A stretch of 64,000 bases of DNA, taken from the NCBI GenBank assembly GCA_000999715.1, contig LCGL01000001.1, forward strand, positions 67,139 to 131,138, in the 5' to 3' direction. A model generated the notes under the pieces. It was not told where the DNA came from. It made no database searches and saw only the letters and a program-made list of their open reading frames with translations. Shown one piece after another: positions 41,416-49,749 of the stretch. This DNA comes from Candidatus Falkowbacteria bacterium GW2011_GWF2_43_32 (GTDB taxonomy: Bacteria; Patescibacteriota; Patescibacteriia; Patescibacteriales; UBA12465). Every line of letters begins with the position of its first letter. The first letter of the stretch is position 1. A program made the translations under genes and the position numbers.

Positions 41416-42690
41416 ATGGAGAAACTCCAATGGCACACAGTGCAAAAAAGAGTTAATGATCTTGTCCCTCAAGATGTTAACCCTAGAAAGATCAACGACA
41501 AACAAATGTCGGATCTAAAGAAAAGTTTGGCTAAATTCAATTTAGTTGAAATTCCCGCAATAGATTTTGATGAGAAAATCTTGGCTGGCCATCAAAGAAT
41601 AAAGGCCCTTCAGCTCCTTGGTCGAGGAGAGGAATTAATTGACGTTAGAATCCCTAATCGAAAGTTAACCGAAGACGAGGCTAAAAGATATCTTATTTCC
41701 AGTAACGCTTTAGGCGGTGACTGGGATTTTGAGAAGTTAAAGACGTTTGATTTAGACTTGTTAGTTGATATTGGTTTTGACCAAGTCGATTTATCTCATT
41801 TCTGGGACAAAGATTTAGAAGTAAAAGAGGAAGACTTTGACGTTGAGGAAGAACTTAAAAAAATTAAAACAGTAAAAACAAAGCCAGGCGATTTAATTTT
41901 TCTGGGTTCACATAGATTATTATGCGGGAGTTCGACTGACCCCGATAATCTTAGACGACTATTCGGCGAAGACAAAGCCTCAATGATTTATAGCGACCCA
42001 CCCTATAATATAAAGCTCGATTATTCCAAAGGTATCGGCGGAAAAAATGACTACGGCGGAAATGTCCAAGATAATAGAACTTACGAGGAATATAAAAAGT
42101 TTGTTAAAGACACGATGATTACCGCTCTTACAGTTACTAAGCCAGACTGTCACGTATTTTATTGGTGCGATCAAACCTATATTGGCCTTATACAAGAAAT
42201 ATATCGTGAGCTTGGTTTAATTAATAAACGGGTTTGTCTGTGGCTTAAGAATTCGCAAAACCCTACCCCTAAAATTGCCTTTAATAAGTGCTATGAACCA
42301 GCGGTTTATAGTGTTAAAGGTAAACCATATCTTAATCAAGCTATTCAGAACTACAACGAGGTCTTAAATAGGGAGTTAGGAACTGGAAACAGCCTATTTG
42401 AAGAAGTATTTGACCAGCTTGATATATGGCTTGTTAAACGCCTATCAGGGCAAAAATATGAACACGCCACCAGTAAACCACCCAAACTTCACGAGAAGGC
42501 CATACGTCGTTGCACTAAGCCAGGTGATATTATCCTTGATTCATTCTCTGGCTCAGCTAGCACTATGATTGCAGGAGAACAATTAAAGAGAAAAGTTTAT
42601 GCGATGGAGCTAGAGCCAATTTTCTGTGACTTGGCCATTAAAAGATACTACAAATTAACTGGTAGAAAGGAGAGGGTGGAACATGTCTAA
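41416..42690 (+). CDS. ParB-like N-terminal domain fused to an N6A/N4C DNA methyltransferase (phage type)
   Basis: NPRKI, ILAGHQR, SDPPYN, HATSKP, ILDSFSGSAST. Confidence 0.9.
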   Translation: MEKLQWHTVQKRVNDLVPQDVNPRKINDKQMSDLKKSLAKFNLVEIPAIDFDEKILAGHQRIKALQLLGRGEELIDVRIPNRKLTEDEAKRYLISSNALGGDWDFEKLKTFDLDLLVDIGFDQVDLSHFWDKDLEVKEEDFDVEEELKKIKTVKTKPGDLIFLGSHRLLCGSSTDPDNLRRLFGEDKASMIYSDPPYNIKLDYSKGIGGKNDYGGNVQDNRTYEEYKKFVKDTMITALTVTKPDCHVFYWCDQTYIGLIQEIYRELGLINKRVCLWLKNSQNPTPKIAFNKCYEPAVYSVKGKPYLNQAIQNYNEVLNRELGTGNSLFEEVFDQLDIWLVKRLSGQKYEHATSKPPKLHEKAIRRCTKPGDIILDSFSGSASTMIAGEQLKRKVYAMELEPIFCDLAIKRYYKLTGRKERVEHV

Positions 42691-43174
42691 AAAAAATAAA
42701 ATCCAAAATGTATTTTTGGAAGAACTAAAAAGAATTCCGATTGTGTTAGTGGCTTGTGAAAAATCAGGCCTATCTCGCAACAGTGTTTATCGCTGGAAAA
42801 AAGATGACAAAATTTTTTCAAAAGCGATGGACGAAGCTTTGGCTGAGGGCGAAGCGCTGGTTAATGATATGAGCGAAAGCCAACTACTAACTCTTATCAA
42901 AGAAAAGAATTGGCAAGCGATGAGCTTTTGGCTTAGACATCGTAATCCGCGATTTAGAGATAAGATTGAAGTTACTTCTAAAATAGAAGATTCGGAAGAA
43001 CTTACACCCTCACAAGCAGAAGTTGTCCGCCAAGCCTTAAAACTGGCCAGAATATTGCCAGTTGATGATCAATTAATTAATAACAAAAATAAATATGATA
43101 GAAAACAAAATGATTCCACAAGACTTAGTGGAACAAATGACCAAGGACAAGAAAGTAAGGACGGCGATAACTAA
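42683..43174 (+). CDS. HTH protein, putative terminase small subunit
   Basis: ACEKSGLSRNSVYRWKKDD..F HTH; directly upstream of terL. Confidence 0.7.
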   Translation: MSKKNKIQNVFLEELKRIPIVLVACEKSGLSRNSVYRWKKDDKIFSKAMDEALAEGEALVNDMSESQLLTLIKEKNWQAMSFWLRHRNPRFRDKIEVTSKIEDSEELTPSQAEVVRQALKLARILPVDDQLINNKNKYDRKQNDSTRLSGTNDQGQESKDGDN

Positions 43175-44564
43175 AGAAAGTTTTTCTTATTTCTTCCATT
43201 TCTACTACGCTCATTACGTTAAATATGCGACCGCTGATTTTCAAAAAGAGATAATTGGTTTAATCGAAAAAAGCGACAAAGATAGTTTATTTGTAGTTGC
43301 GTTTCGAGGTTCGGGAAAATCAACTATCGTAACGGCCGCTTATCCGATTTGGGCTATCTTAGGCAAACAAGAAAAAAAGTTTGTTGTTATTTTCTGCCAA
43401 ACCCAAGCGCAAGCTAAACAACACATGATGAATTTACGCCGTGAGCTTGAAGATAATGAATTACTGAAAAAAGACCTCGGCCCCTTTAGAGAAAACAGTG
43501 ACGAATGGGGTGCACAGTCAATTGTATTTTCCAATACGGACGCACGTATTACCGTCGCTTCAGTCGATCAAAGTATTCGTGGTATTAGGCACTATCAGTA
43601 TCGCCCAGACTTAGTTATCTGTGATGATGTTGAAGATATAAGTTCCACTAAAACTAGGGATAGCAGAAACAAAACATATCAATGGCTAAAAAGTGAAGTA
43701 ATACCTGCTGGGGATAGAAATACCAGATTAATAATAGTCGGAAATTTACTTCATGAAGATTCTCTGCTAATGCGACTTAAAGAAGAAAATGAAAAAGATA
43801 TCATTGATGGTAAATTTCTATATTTTCCATTGGTCGACAAAAAAGGAAAATGTCTTTGGCCAGGAAAATATCCAACTCAAAGTGACGTCGATAAAGAAAG
43901 AAAAAATGTCGGTAGTGAAATTACTTGGCAACAAGAATACCTACTTAATATTGTGCCGTCAGAAGATCAAGCTATATTTAAAGAGTGGATAAATTATTAT
44001 GACGAAATACCTGCTCGTCTAAAATTATATGGCGGTTACTCTTCTCACCTGGAAGTAAGAATTGGAATTGACCCAGCTATTTCTAAGAGTGATGTCGCCG
44101 ATTATACGGCTATGGTTCCTGGATTACTATACGAAACGCATACTGGGTATCGGCTCTATATTCTGCCTAAAATAATAAACAAGCGCTTGAGTTTTCCTGA
44201 AACTGTTGATACTTGCAAAACATTATATCAGAGCTACAAAAAAGATTATGAATACCCAAAGTTTGTTATCGAAGATGTGGCTTATCAAAAAGCCCTGCCC
44301 CAGCAACTACAAGCTGAAGGTATTCCTAATGTCATGACTACTAGACCTGGAAATCAAGATAAAAGAAGCAGGCTTGTAATACTGGCTAACATGATTAAAA
44401 CAGGACAGATCCTATTTCCTAGAGAAGGAGCCGAAGAACTAATCCAGCAAATAGTCCACTTTGGAGTGGAAAAGCATGATGATTTAGTTGATGCTTTCGC
44501 TAATTTAGCTCATAACATGCTTGAAAAACCACCCCGAACAGCCAGGTTCTATGTTATTGGTTAG
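43095..44564 (+). CDS. Phage terminase large subunit-like
   Basis: FRGSGKST Walker A, ICDDVED Walker B, GIDPA and HDDLVDA nuclease motifs. Confidence 0.88.
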   Translation: MIENKMIPQDLVEQMTKDKKVRTAITKESFSYFFHFYYAHYVKYATADFQKEIIGLIEKSDKDSLFVVAFRGSGKSTIVTAAYPIWAILGKQEKKFVVIFCQTQAQAKQHMMNLRRELEDNELLKKDLGPFRENSDEWGAQSIVFSNTDARITVASVDQSIRGIRHYQYRPDLVICDDVEDISSTKTRDSRNKTYQWLKSEVIPAGDRNTRLIIVGNLLHEDSLLMRLKEENEKDIIDGKFLYFPLVDKKGKCLWPGKYPTQSDVDKERKNVGSEITWQQEYLLNIVPSEDQAIFKEWINYYDEIPARLKLYGGYSSHLEVRIGIDPAISKSDVADYTAMVPGLLYETHTGYRLYILPKIINKRLSFPETVDTCKTLYQSYKKDYEYPKFVIEDVAYQKALPQQLQAEGIPNVMTTRPGNQDKRSRLVILANMIKTGQILFPREGAEELIQQIVHFGVEKHDDLVDAFANLAHNMLEKPPRTARFYVIG

Positions 44565-44689
44565 CAGTATTTCCTTTAATATTAAAGGAAAAGTTATCGA
44601 CAAGTTGCCAACAGCTAGCTGCTTAGCAAAAGCTTAAAAGTGTGTCATTAATGGAGGTATAGATTTAACTAATAATTAACTATAATCAT

Positions 44690-45976
44690 ATGCCTCCATT
44701 ATTAGACGTCCCTTTAAAGTATTGCCTGTATGCTAGAAAAAGCACTGAATCAGACGAGCGACAAGCCCTGTCAATTGATTCTCAAGTTAAGGAAATGCTC
44801 CAAATTGCTGAACGGGAAAACTTAGAAATTGTTGATATTCGGAGAGAGTCAAAATCAGCTAAAGACTCTGGTAACCGACCAATATTCAAAGAGCTTATCA
44901 AAGATATAACGGAAGAAAAATTTAACTCTATTATTACTTGGGCACCAGATAGACTATCGAGAAATGCTGGCGACTTAGGATCACTGGTTGATTTAATGGA
45001 TGAGAAAAAATTAATGAGTATTCGCACCTTTGGTCAAACATTTAGTAATTCGCCAAACGAAAAATTTCTGCTCATGATTTTATGTTCTCAAGCTAAACTA
45101 GAAAATGACAACAGAGGCATAAATGTAAAAAGAGGTTTGAGAGCAAGATGTGAAATGGGCTTATGGCCGACTTGTCCGCCAACGGGTTACTTTAAAGAAA
45201 AACGGGTTGATCATAAAGGACAATGCTTAGTGGATCCAGATAGAGGTCACGTTATAAGACAAATGTTTGAAAAAGTCGCTTATGAGAAATGGTCTGGCCG
45301 AAAGATTTATAATTGGTTACGATTTGATTTAAAATTTAGAACAGCTCTGGGTAAAAAACATTTAAGTCTAGGCAATATCTACCGCCTGCTAGAAAATACC
45401 TTCTACTATGGCCCCTTCGAATACCCAAGAGGCAGTGGCAATTGGTATCAGGGAAAACATGAGCCGATAATTACAAAAGAAGTGTTTGATTTGGTTCAGG
45501 ATCAGATGAAAAATTCTCAATTAGTTAGACGAGAAAATATTGAGTTCGCTTTTACTAAAGTCATGACTTGTGGTTTATGTGGTTCAGGAATATCAGCTAC
45601 CGAAAAATTTAAGAAACTAAAAAATGGCGGTTATAACCGTCATATTTATTATGGATGTACTAAAGCGAAAGATAAAAATTGTAAATCTGGCTATATCAGC
45701 GAAGAAGATTTAATTAAGCAATTACAAAAACAGGTTGAGAAATTAGATTTTAAAAAACTACCAGTTCAAGATAAAATTGAAGGAGAGATAAAAAGATTTA
45801 AGAAATTTCAAATGATGGCAACTGGAAAAAATCAAAACATCGACGTAAGTGATGTCGATGTTAAAAATTACATTAAATTTTTGCTAAAAGATGGTGATGA
45901 TCAAGAAAAGCGAGAATTGCTTACATGTTTAAATGGGGAGATTTTATTGAGTAACAAAACAATAACAATTAACTGA
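44690..45976 (+). CDS. Large serine recombinase
   Basis: YARKS, DRLSRN, recombinase domain, CGLCG...YYGC zinc ribbon. Confidence 0.93.
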   Translation: MPPLLDVPLKYCLYARKSTESDERQALSIDSQVKEMLQIAERENLEIVDIRRESKSAKDSGNRPIFKELIKDITEEKFNSIITWAPDRLSRNAGDLGSLVDLMDEKKLMSIRTFGQTFSNSPNEKFLLMILCSQAKLENDNRGINVKRGLRARCEMGLWPTCPPTGYFKEKRVDHKGQCLVDPDRGHVIRQMFEKVAYEKWSGRKIYNWLRFDLKFRTALGKKHLSLGNIYRLLENTFYYGPFEYPRGSGNWYQGKHEPIITKEVFDLVQDQMKNSQLVRRENIEFAFTKVMTCGLCGSGISATEKFKKLKNGGYNRHIYYGCTKAKDKNCKSGYISEEDLIKQLQKQVEKLDFKKLPVQDKIEGEIKRFKKFQMMATGKNQNIDVSDVDVKNYIKFLLKDGDDQEKRELLTCLNGEILLSNKTITIN

Positions 45977-45993
45977 TATTATATCTAAAATAT

Positions 45994-46992
45994 TTATTTA
46001 CTTTCTGATAACATTCTAATAATTTTTAATTTTAATTTCTTTTCATTCCCGTGACTAATCATTCCCAGATAAGAACTTAGCGACTCATCTTTGTAGTTAT
46101 TCTCTTTTAATTTCCTAAACATACGTTTTTTAGTTGATCTTCTTAAAACTCGAAATTTAGAAAAACTAGTCCAGCCCAAGAAATCAACACCAGAATTTAT
46201 TGTTTTAATAAAAATTTTATTTGGATGTATTTCTAAATTTAACCTTGCCCCAAGAAAACGCTCAATTACAGGAATTTTATTCTCGAGCCAATCTCTGCTA
46301 TCTGAAAGAATTACAAAATCGTCAGCATATCGAATATAAAAATTTGTCTTAATATGATGCTTAACAAATTGATCAAATTCATTAAGATAAACATTGGCAA
46401 AAAGCTGGGAAGTCAGATTGCCGAGCGGCAAGCCCTTGCTCGTTTCAAAGTTAAAACTATCAATGACTTTTGTTAGTAACCAAATTATGTTCTCGTCTGG
46501 AATGTAACCTTTAATAATATTTATTAATATTTTGTGATCAATGCTAGCAAAAAATTTTCTAATATCCCCTTTAAGCACCCAACAAGATCTCGTATTATTT
46601 TTACTGACTTTTAAAAATAGTTGATTAAATCTGGTAATCGCCTTATGAGTTCCTTTATCTAAGCGACAAGAATAGCTATCAAAAATAAAAGTCCTATCAA
46701 AAAATGGATAGAGCTGGCGATAAATTGCATGATGCAGGAGTCGGTCACGGACAGTAGCTTTATGAATATTTCTAGTTTTAGGATCGTACACCTTAAAAGC
46801 CTTATAACCGCCGTGTTCGTATTTATGATATACTAAATCGTGATGCAGATCTAAAATATTATCCATTAGCCTGGTACGAAATTCTTGCACATCTTTGCGC
46901 TTGCGTTTACCTAACAAAAACTCCTGCCAAGCCTCTAGTAGATTTTCTAAATTTATAATATCTTCAAATTTATGAGTCAATCTAATTTTCAT
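45994..46992 (-). CDS. DGR reverse transcriptase
   Basis: RDRLLHHAI, GLPLGNLTSQLFAN (DGR-type SQ motif), YIRYADDF; start placed at ATG 46992 (MKIRLTH). Confidence 0.95.
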   Translation of the reverse strand: MKIRLTHKFEDIINLENLLEAWQEFLLGKRKRKDVQEFRTRLMDNILDLHHDLVYHKYEHGGYKAFKVYDPKTRNIHKATVRDRLLHHAIYRQLYPFFDRTFIFDSYSCRLDKGTHKAITRFNQLFLKVSKNNTRSCWVLKGDIRKFFASIDHKILINIIKGYIPDENIIWLLTKVIDSFNFETSKGLPLGNLTSQLFANVYLNEFDQFVKHHIKTNFYIRYADDFVILSDSRDWLENKIPVIERFLGARLNLEIHPNKIFIKTINSGVDFLGWTSFSKFRVLRRSTKKRMFRKLKENNYKDESLSSYLGMISHGNEKKLKLKIIRMLSESK

Positions 46993-47361
46993 ACCTCTAA
47001 TTCTACCCCCCCCCCCCCCCAAAAATCAAAAGATTCCTACCTATTGTGGCATACCTATTTTAAACTGATACCAAAAGAGCACCGTTTCAGCCTTGGTGTT
47101 AAAATTGATAATATTTTTATTGAAATAATAGAGATGGTTTCTGGGGCTTTATACGTAAACAAAGAAGAAAAGGCGTTATACATAAAGACCGCCATCAGAA
47201 AAACAGATACTTTAAAACTATTATTCCTAATGCTCTGGGAAACTAAATCACTTGATAACAAAAAGTATTTAATGATATCTGAAAAAATTGACGAAATTGG
47301 ACGTATGCTCGGCGGTTGGTTAGGGCAAATTGTAAAACAAAACTCCTCTATCAAAAGATAG
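46972..47361 (+). CDS. avd: Avd-like accessory variability determinant (four-helix bundle)
   Basis: PKEHRFSLG..I and EIGRMLGGW motifs, 129 aa, between TR and RT. Confidence 0.85.
   Translation: MSQSNFHTSNSTPPPPQKSKDSYLLWHTYFKLIPKEHRFSLGVKIDNIFIEIIEMVSGALYVNKEEKALYIKTAIRKTDTLKLLFLMLWETKSLDNKKYLMISEKIDEIGRMLGGWLGQIVKQNSSIKR
47000..47029 (-). promoter_or_regulatory. Putative leaderless RT promoter with G15 tract in the spacer
   Basis: TTGATT-(TTT+G15, 18 bp)-TAGAAT-7 nt-ATG. Confidence 0.55.
47006..47020. repeat. C15/G15 homopolymer tract (slippage-prone)
   Basis: 15 consecutive C in an AT-rich island; encodes TPPPPQ in Avd. Confidence 0.95.
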
Positions 47362-47372
47362 GGGAGTTTTTT
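47339..47372. terminator. Bidirectional terminator between avd and the TR transcript
   Basis: AAAACTCCTCTATC-aaaa-GATAGGGGAGTTTT, overlapping the avd stop codon. Confidence 0.7.
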
Positions 47373-47377
47373 GTGAG

Positions 47378-47507
47378 ACTTGCGAAACGACGAAAGCAAA
47401 CCCGCCGCTACGATCCCACTTGTTATCAGGGTTGTTATAGTTCGTGTTCAACCAAGAACCATTGTCATTGCGATTAGCGTTGAGCAGTTTAGGATCGCCG
47501 TCAGAAT
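47378..47507 (-). ncRNA. DGR template repeat (TR)
   Basis: AAY-codon-rich adenine-retaining copy of both VRs; diverges from the VRs right after ...TCGCAAGT (IMH*/IMH boundary). Confidence 0.93.
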
Positions 47508-47724
47508 TATGCAAAATACCGCCCGTTACACTGCCCTTCGAATACTCGAATAGGCTGAATATTATTCGGCATCATAATGCCATAGTGTTTTGCACCAAGT
47601 TTCGTTAAATAACACCATTATTTTACTCTACCTATAGCCTTAGCCGGAGATATTCTCAAAATAGTAGCATTCATCACAGTGGTCATCAACCTTAATCGAT
47701 GACATATTCACTTTAACTGATATT

Positions 47725-47733
47725 ATTTTAGCA
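47725..47733 (-). promoter_or_regulatory. Putative extended -10 promoter for the TR RNA
   Basis: TGCTAAAAT just after the target-1 terminator, followed by hairpin-rich non-coding sequence leading into TR. Confidence 0.5.
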
Positions 47734-47758
47734 TATTCATAAATTTTACAAAAAAAAA

Positions 47759-47790
47759 TAACCCCGAATTGCTTGTGCAATCCGAGGTTA
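47759..47790 (-). terminator. Hairpin plus U-tract downstream of DGR target 1
   Basis: Minus strand TAACCTCGGATTGC-acaa-GCAATTCGGGGTTA followed by T-run. Confidence 0.7.
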
Positions 47791-47841
47791 AAAATTCAAA
47801 GGGCTAAAAACTAAAGTCTAAAGACTCAAAGAATCAAAAGA

Positions 47842-48495
47842 CTAAGAGTTAGAAACTTGCGAAACGACGAAAGCAAACCCGCCGCTACGACCCCACTTGC
47901 CATCAGGGCTGCTCCAGCCCGCGCCCAACCAAGAACCATCGCCATCGCGAAAAGCGCTGAGCAGCCTAGGATCGCCGCCAGAATCTTTAATTGGTTCATG
48001 CATTGCAACGATCCAATAAAGTCCCATGGCTTCCAGTTCTTTATCAGAAAGCTTCTCTCTGATGAGGCAGGCTACTTCGGCGTTTGGCGTAGAAAATTTG
48101 CGGTTCTTAGCTTCCTTACGGATTGTTTTAGTAATACGATCACTATCGCTGAAGAATTCTCCTTTTAAAACAGCGATTTCGTAAGTAATGCCGCTGGTGG
48201 GTTTAAAGCTTCTTGAGCGTAAAACGCTTTTAGCATAATCTCCAACACGGAAGCCTTTGCCTTCTAAGCGGGCAATCCATTGTTCACCAGTTGTACCATC
48301 TGAAATGACGGAGAAACGAATAACGTTGTCTTTTTCAGTCCACTTAGATTTAATAACTGAGATTTGTAGTTCACCAGAATTCATCATTCTAACCGCTTCT
48401 TCAGGCTCTGTTATACCTGTTTGGGTCATGATGTTTTTTACCATGGCGTTCAATTTGCCAGTTTCGATACCAGAAATTAAAAATTCACTTTTCAT
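47842..48495 (-). CDS. DGR target protein 1 (C-terminal variable region, probable CLec-like fold)
   Basis: AAGGAGG RBS; 3' end is VR1; ends W.RSGGFAFVVSQVSNS. Confidence 0.92.
   Translation of the reverse strand: MKSEFLISGIETGKLNAMVKNIMTQTGITEPEEAVRMMNSGELQISVIKSKWTEKDNVIRFSVISDGTTGEQWIARLEGKGFRVGDYAKSVLRSRSFKPTSGITYEIAVLKGEFFSDSDRITKTIRKEAKNRKFSTPNAEVACLIREKLSDKELEAMGLYWIVAMHEPIKDSGGDPRLLSAFRDGDGSWLGAGWSSPDGKWGRSGGFAFVVSQVSNS
47855..47984 (-). repeat. DGR variable repeat VR1
   Basis: Ungapped 130-bp match to TR; 20 mismatches at TR adenines, 1 elsewhere (manual count). Confidence 0.95.
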
Positions 48496-48651
48496 GTAAC
48501 CTCCTTGCGCTATTTTGCGCTATTTTATTTCCCTATTCCGAGAAGGAGCTATAACCATTGTGGTCACAGCCAGAAAATGGCTAAATATAAACCATCTTTT
48601 GGCTGTGACCAATTTCGCAAGCTAGTTTTTAAAGGCCTATTTTATGATGTA

Positions 48652-48680
48652 ATTATATCATAATAGACACATTTTGTCAA
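48652..48680 (-). promoter_or_regulatory. Consensus sigma70 promoter of target 1
   Basis: TTGACA-17 bp-TATAAT with TG extension. Confidence 0.85.
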
Positions 48681-48795
48681 CAATAATTGGCAAAAACTAA
48701 GCTTAAATAACAAATATTTATTTAATGTTAGCAATTTTTAAGTATAATGGAACTTAATGAAAACGAGAATTCCTTAAATTCTTAGTCTAAATCTC

Positions 48796-49713
48796 TTAAG
48801 ATTTCTTAATCAATTTTTGATAAGATTGCTCGACTAAACCAAAAACGTAATTCAAATCTTCGGGCTTAGTTAAAATAACCTCGGTTTCTCCTCCACCATG
48901 ATGGCCAATTCCTTCCACGTTTCTAGCCATATTTTTTGGATCTTCCAAATCTTTTTTCCTTATCTCAAGATGAATTTTTATTTTTGACTGCTGATTATGA
49001 ACATAAGCGAATGCATTTTTTAAACGATAGGCGACATAATTTTGCTTAGGTCTTTCTTCTATTGAATCATTAATTGAAAGTATTTTTTCTTTTAAAGCAA
49101 AGAATAAATCTTTTATATCTTGGGGGATATTTAAGTGGTCATCGAGAGTGTAAACCTTTACCTCACTACTAACCTTATCAATGGTTTTATTTTTTGTAAT
49201 TGTTTTAATAGATTCTTTAGAGTCTTGGGATAATAACTGATTATATAAAACTACATCGTCTTCATACATTTTTACTTCCCAGAGTTCTATCGGTAAATCT
49301 TTAAAATTAATAGCATTCATTTGGTAAGAGGTAAATGAATTTGCTACAAAAATAACTTTAGACTGTGACCAGTCAACATCATCTCTTTTTAAATTATTTT
49401 TTGTCCTTTCATTGTATTCTAAAATAAAATCTGACTTGTTATTCAACATTAGAGCCAAATAAGCATAACCCTGATCAATAACACTGAAACTGCGATCTCT
49501 TTTATATTCAATAATTACAAAAGAATTATTTTCTTTATCAAAAGCGAGTGTGTCAATTCTAAAACTGTGTAATGCAAACTCCGTGCTTACAAATTCTAAA
49601 CTAAAGACACAATTTAAATTTGCCTCCGTTAATTTTTGAATATCTCTTTCCAAATCAATACTTTTTTCTTTGATAACAGATAGTGTCGAATTATTTTTTC
49701 TAAAAAGTGGCAT
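48796..49713 (-). CDS. PD-(D/E)XK nuclease-like N-terminus with DUF5655-like C-terminus
   Basis: RIDTLAFD....VIIEYKR motif; GIGHHGGGE in C-terminal domain; downstream of hsdR. Confidence 0.75.
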   Translation of the reverse strand: MPLFRKNNSTLSVIKEKSIDLERDIQKLTEANLNCVFSLEFVSTEFALHSFRIDTLAFDKENNSFVIIEYKRDRSFSVIDQGYAYLALMLNNKSDFILEYNERTKNNLKRDDVDWSQSKVIFVANSFTSYQMNAINFKDLPIELWEVKMYEDDVVLYNQLLSQDSKESIKTITKNKTIDKVSSEVKVYTLDDHLNIPQDIKDLFFALKEKILSINDSIEERPKQNYVAYRLKNAFAYVHNQQSKIKIHLEIRKKDLEDPKNMARNVEGIGHHGGGETEVILTKPEDLNYVFGLVEQSYQKLIKKS

Positions 49714-49749
49714 AATTATTTAAAATTAAATACAAATAACGCAAACAAA

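Noticed and set aside
45994..46992. Group II intron or retron interpretation of the RT
   Set aside because: No intron domain V or maturase/endonuclease extension and no retron VTG motif; SQ motif, Avd and TR/VR pairs identify a DGR.
46993..47022. MGGGGGRIRG N-terminal extension of the RT
   Set aside because: Arises from a TTG upstream of the G tract; ATG 46992 fits the RT domain start and promoter geometry better, though this is unproven.
47320..47514. 64-aa ORF resembling the target C-terminus
   Set aside because: It is the TR read in the VR frame; no RBS and a non-ATG start.
48496..48651. c-di-GMP or other known riboswitch in the target leaders
   Set aside because: Lacks the GNRA/receptor and GCAAA..GG consensus; kept only as an unknown structured leader.
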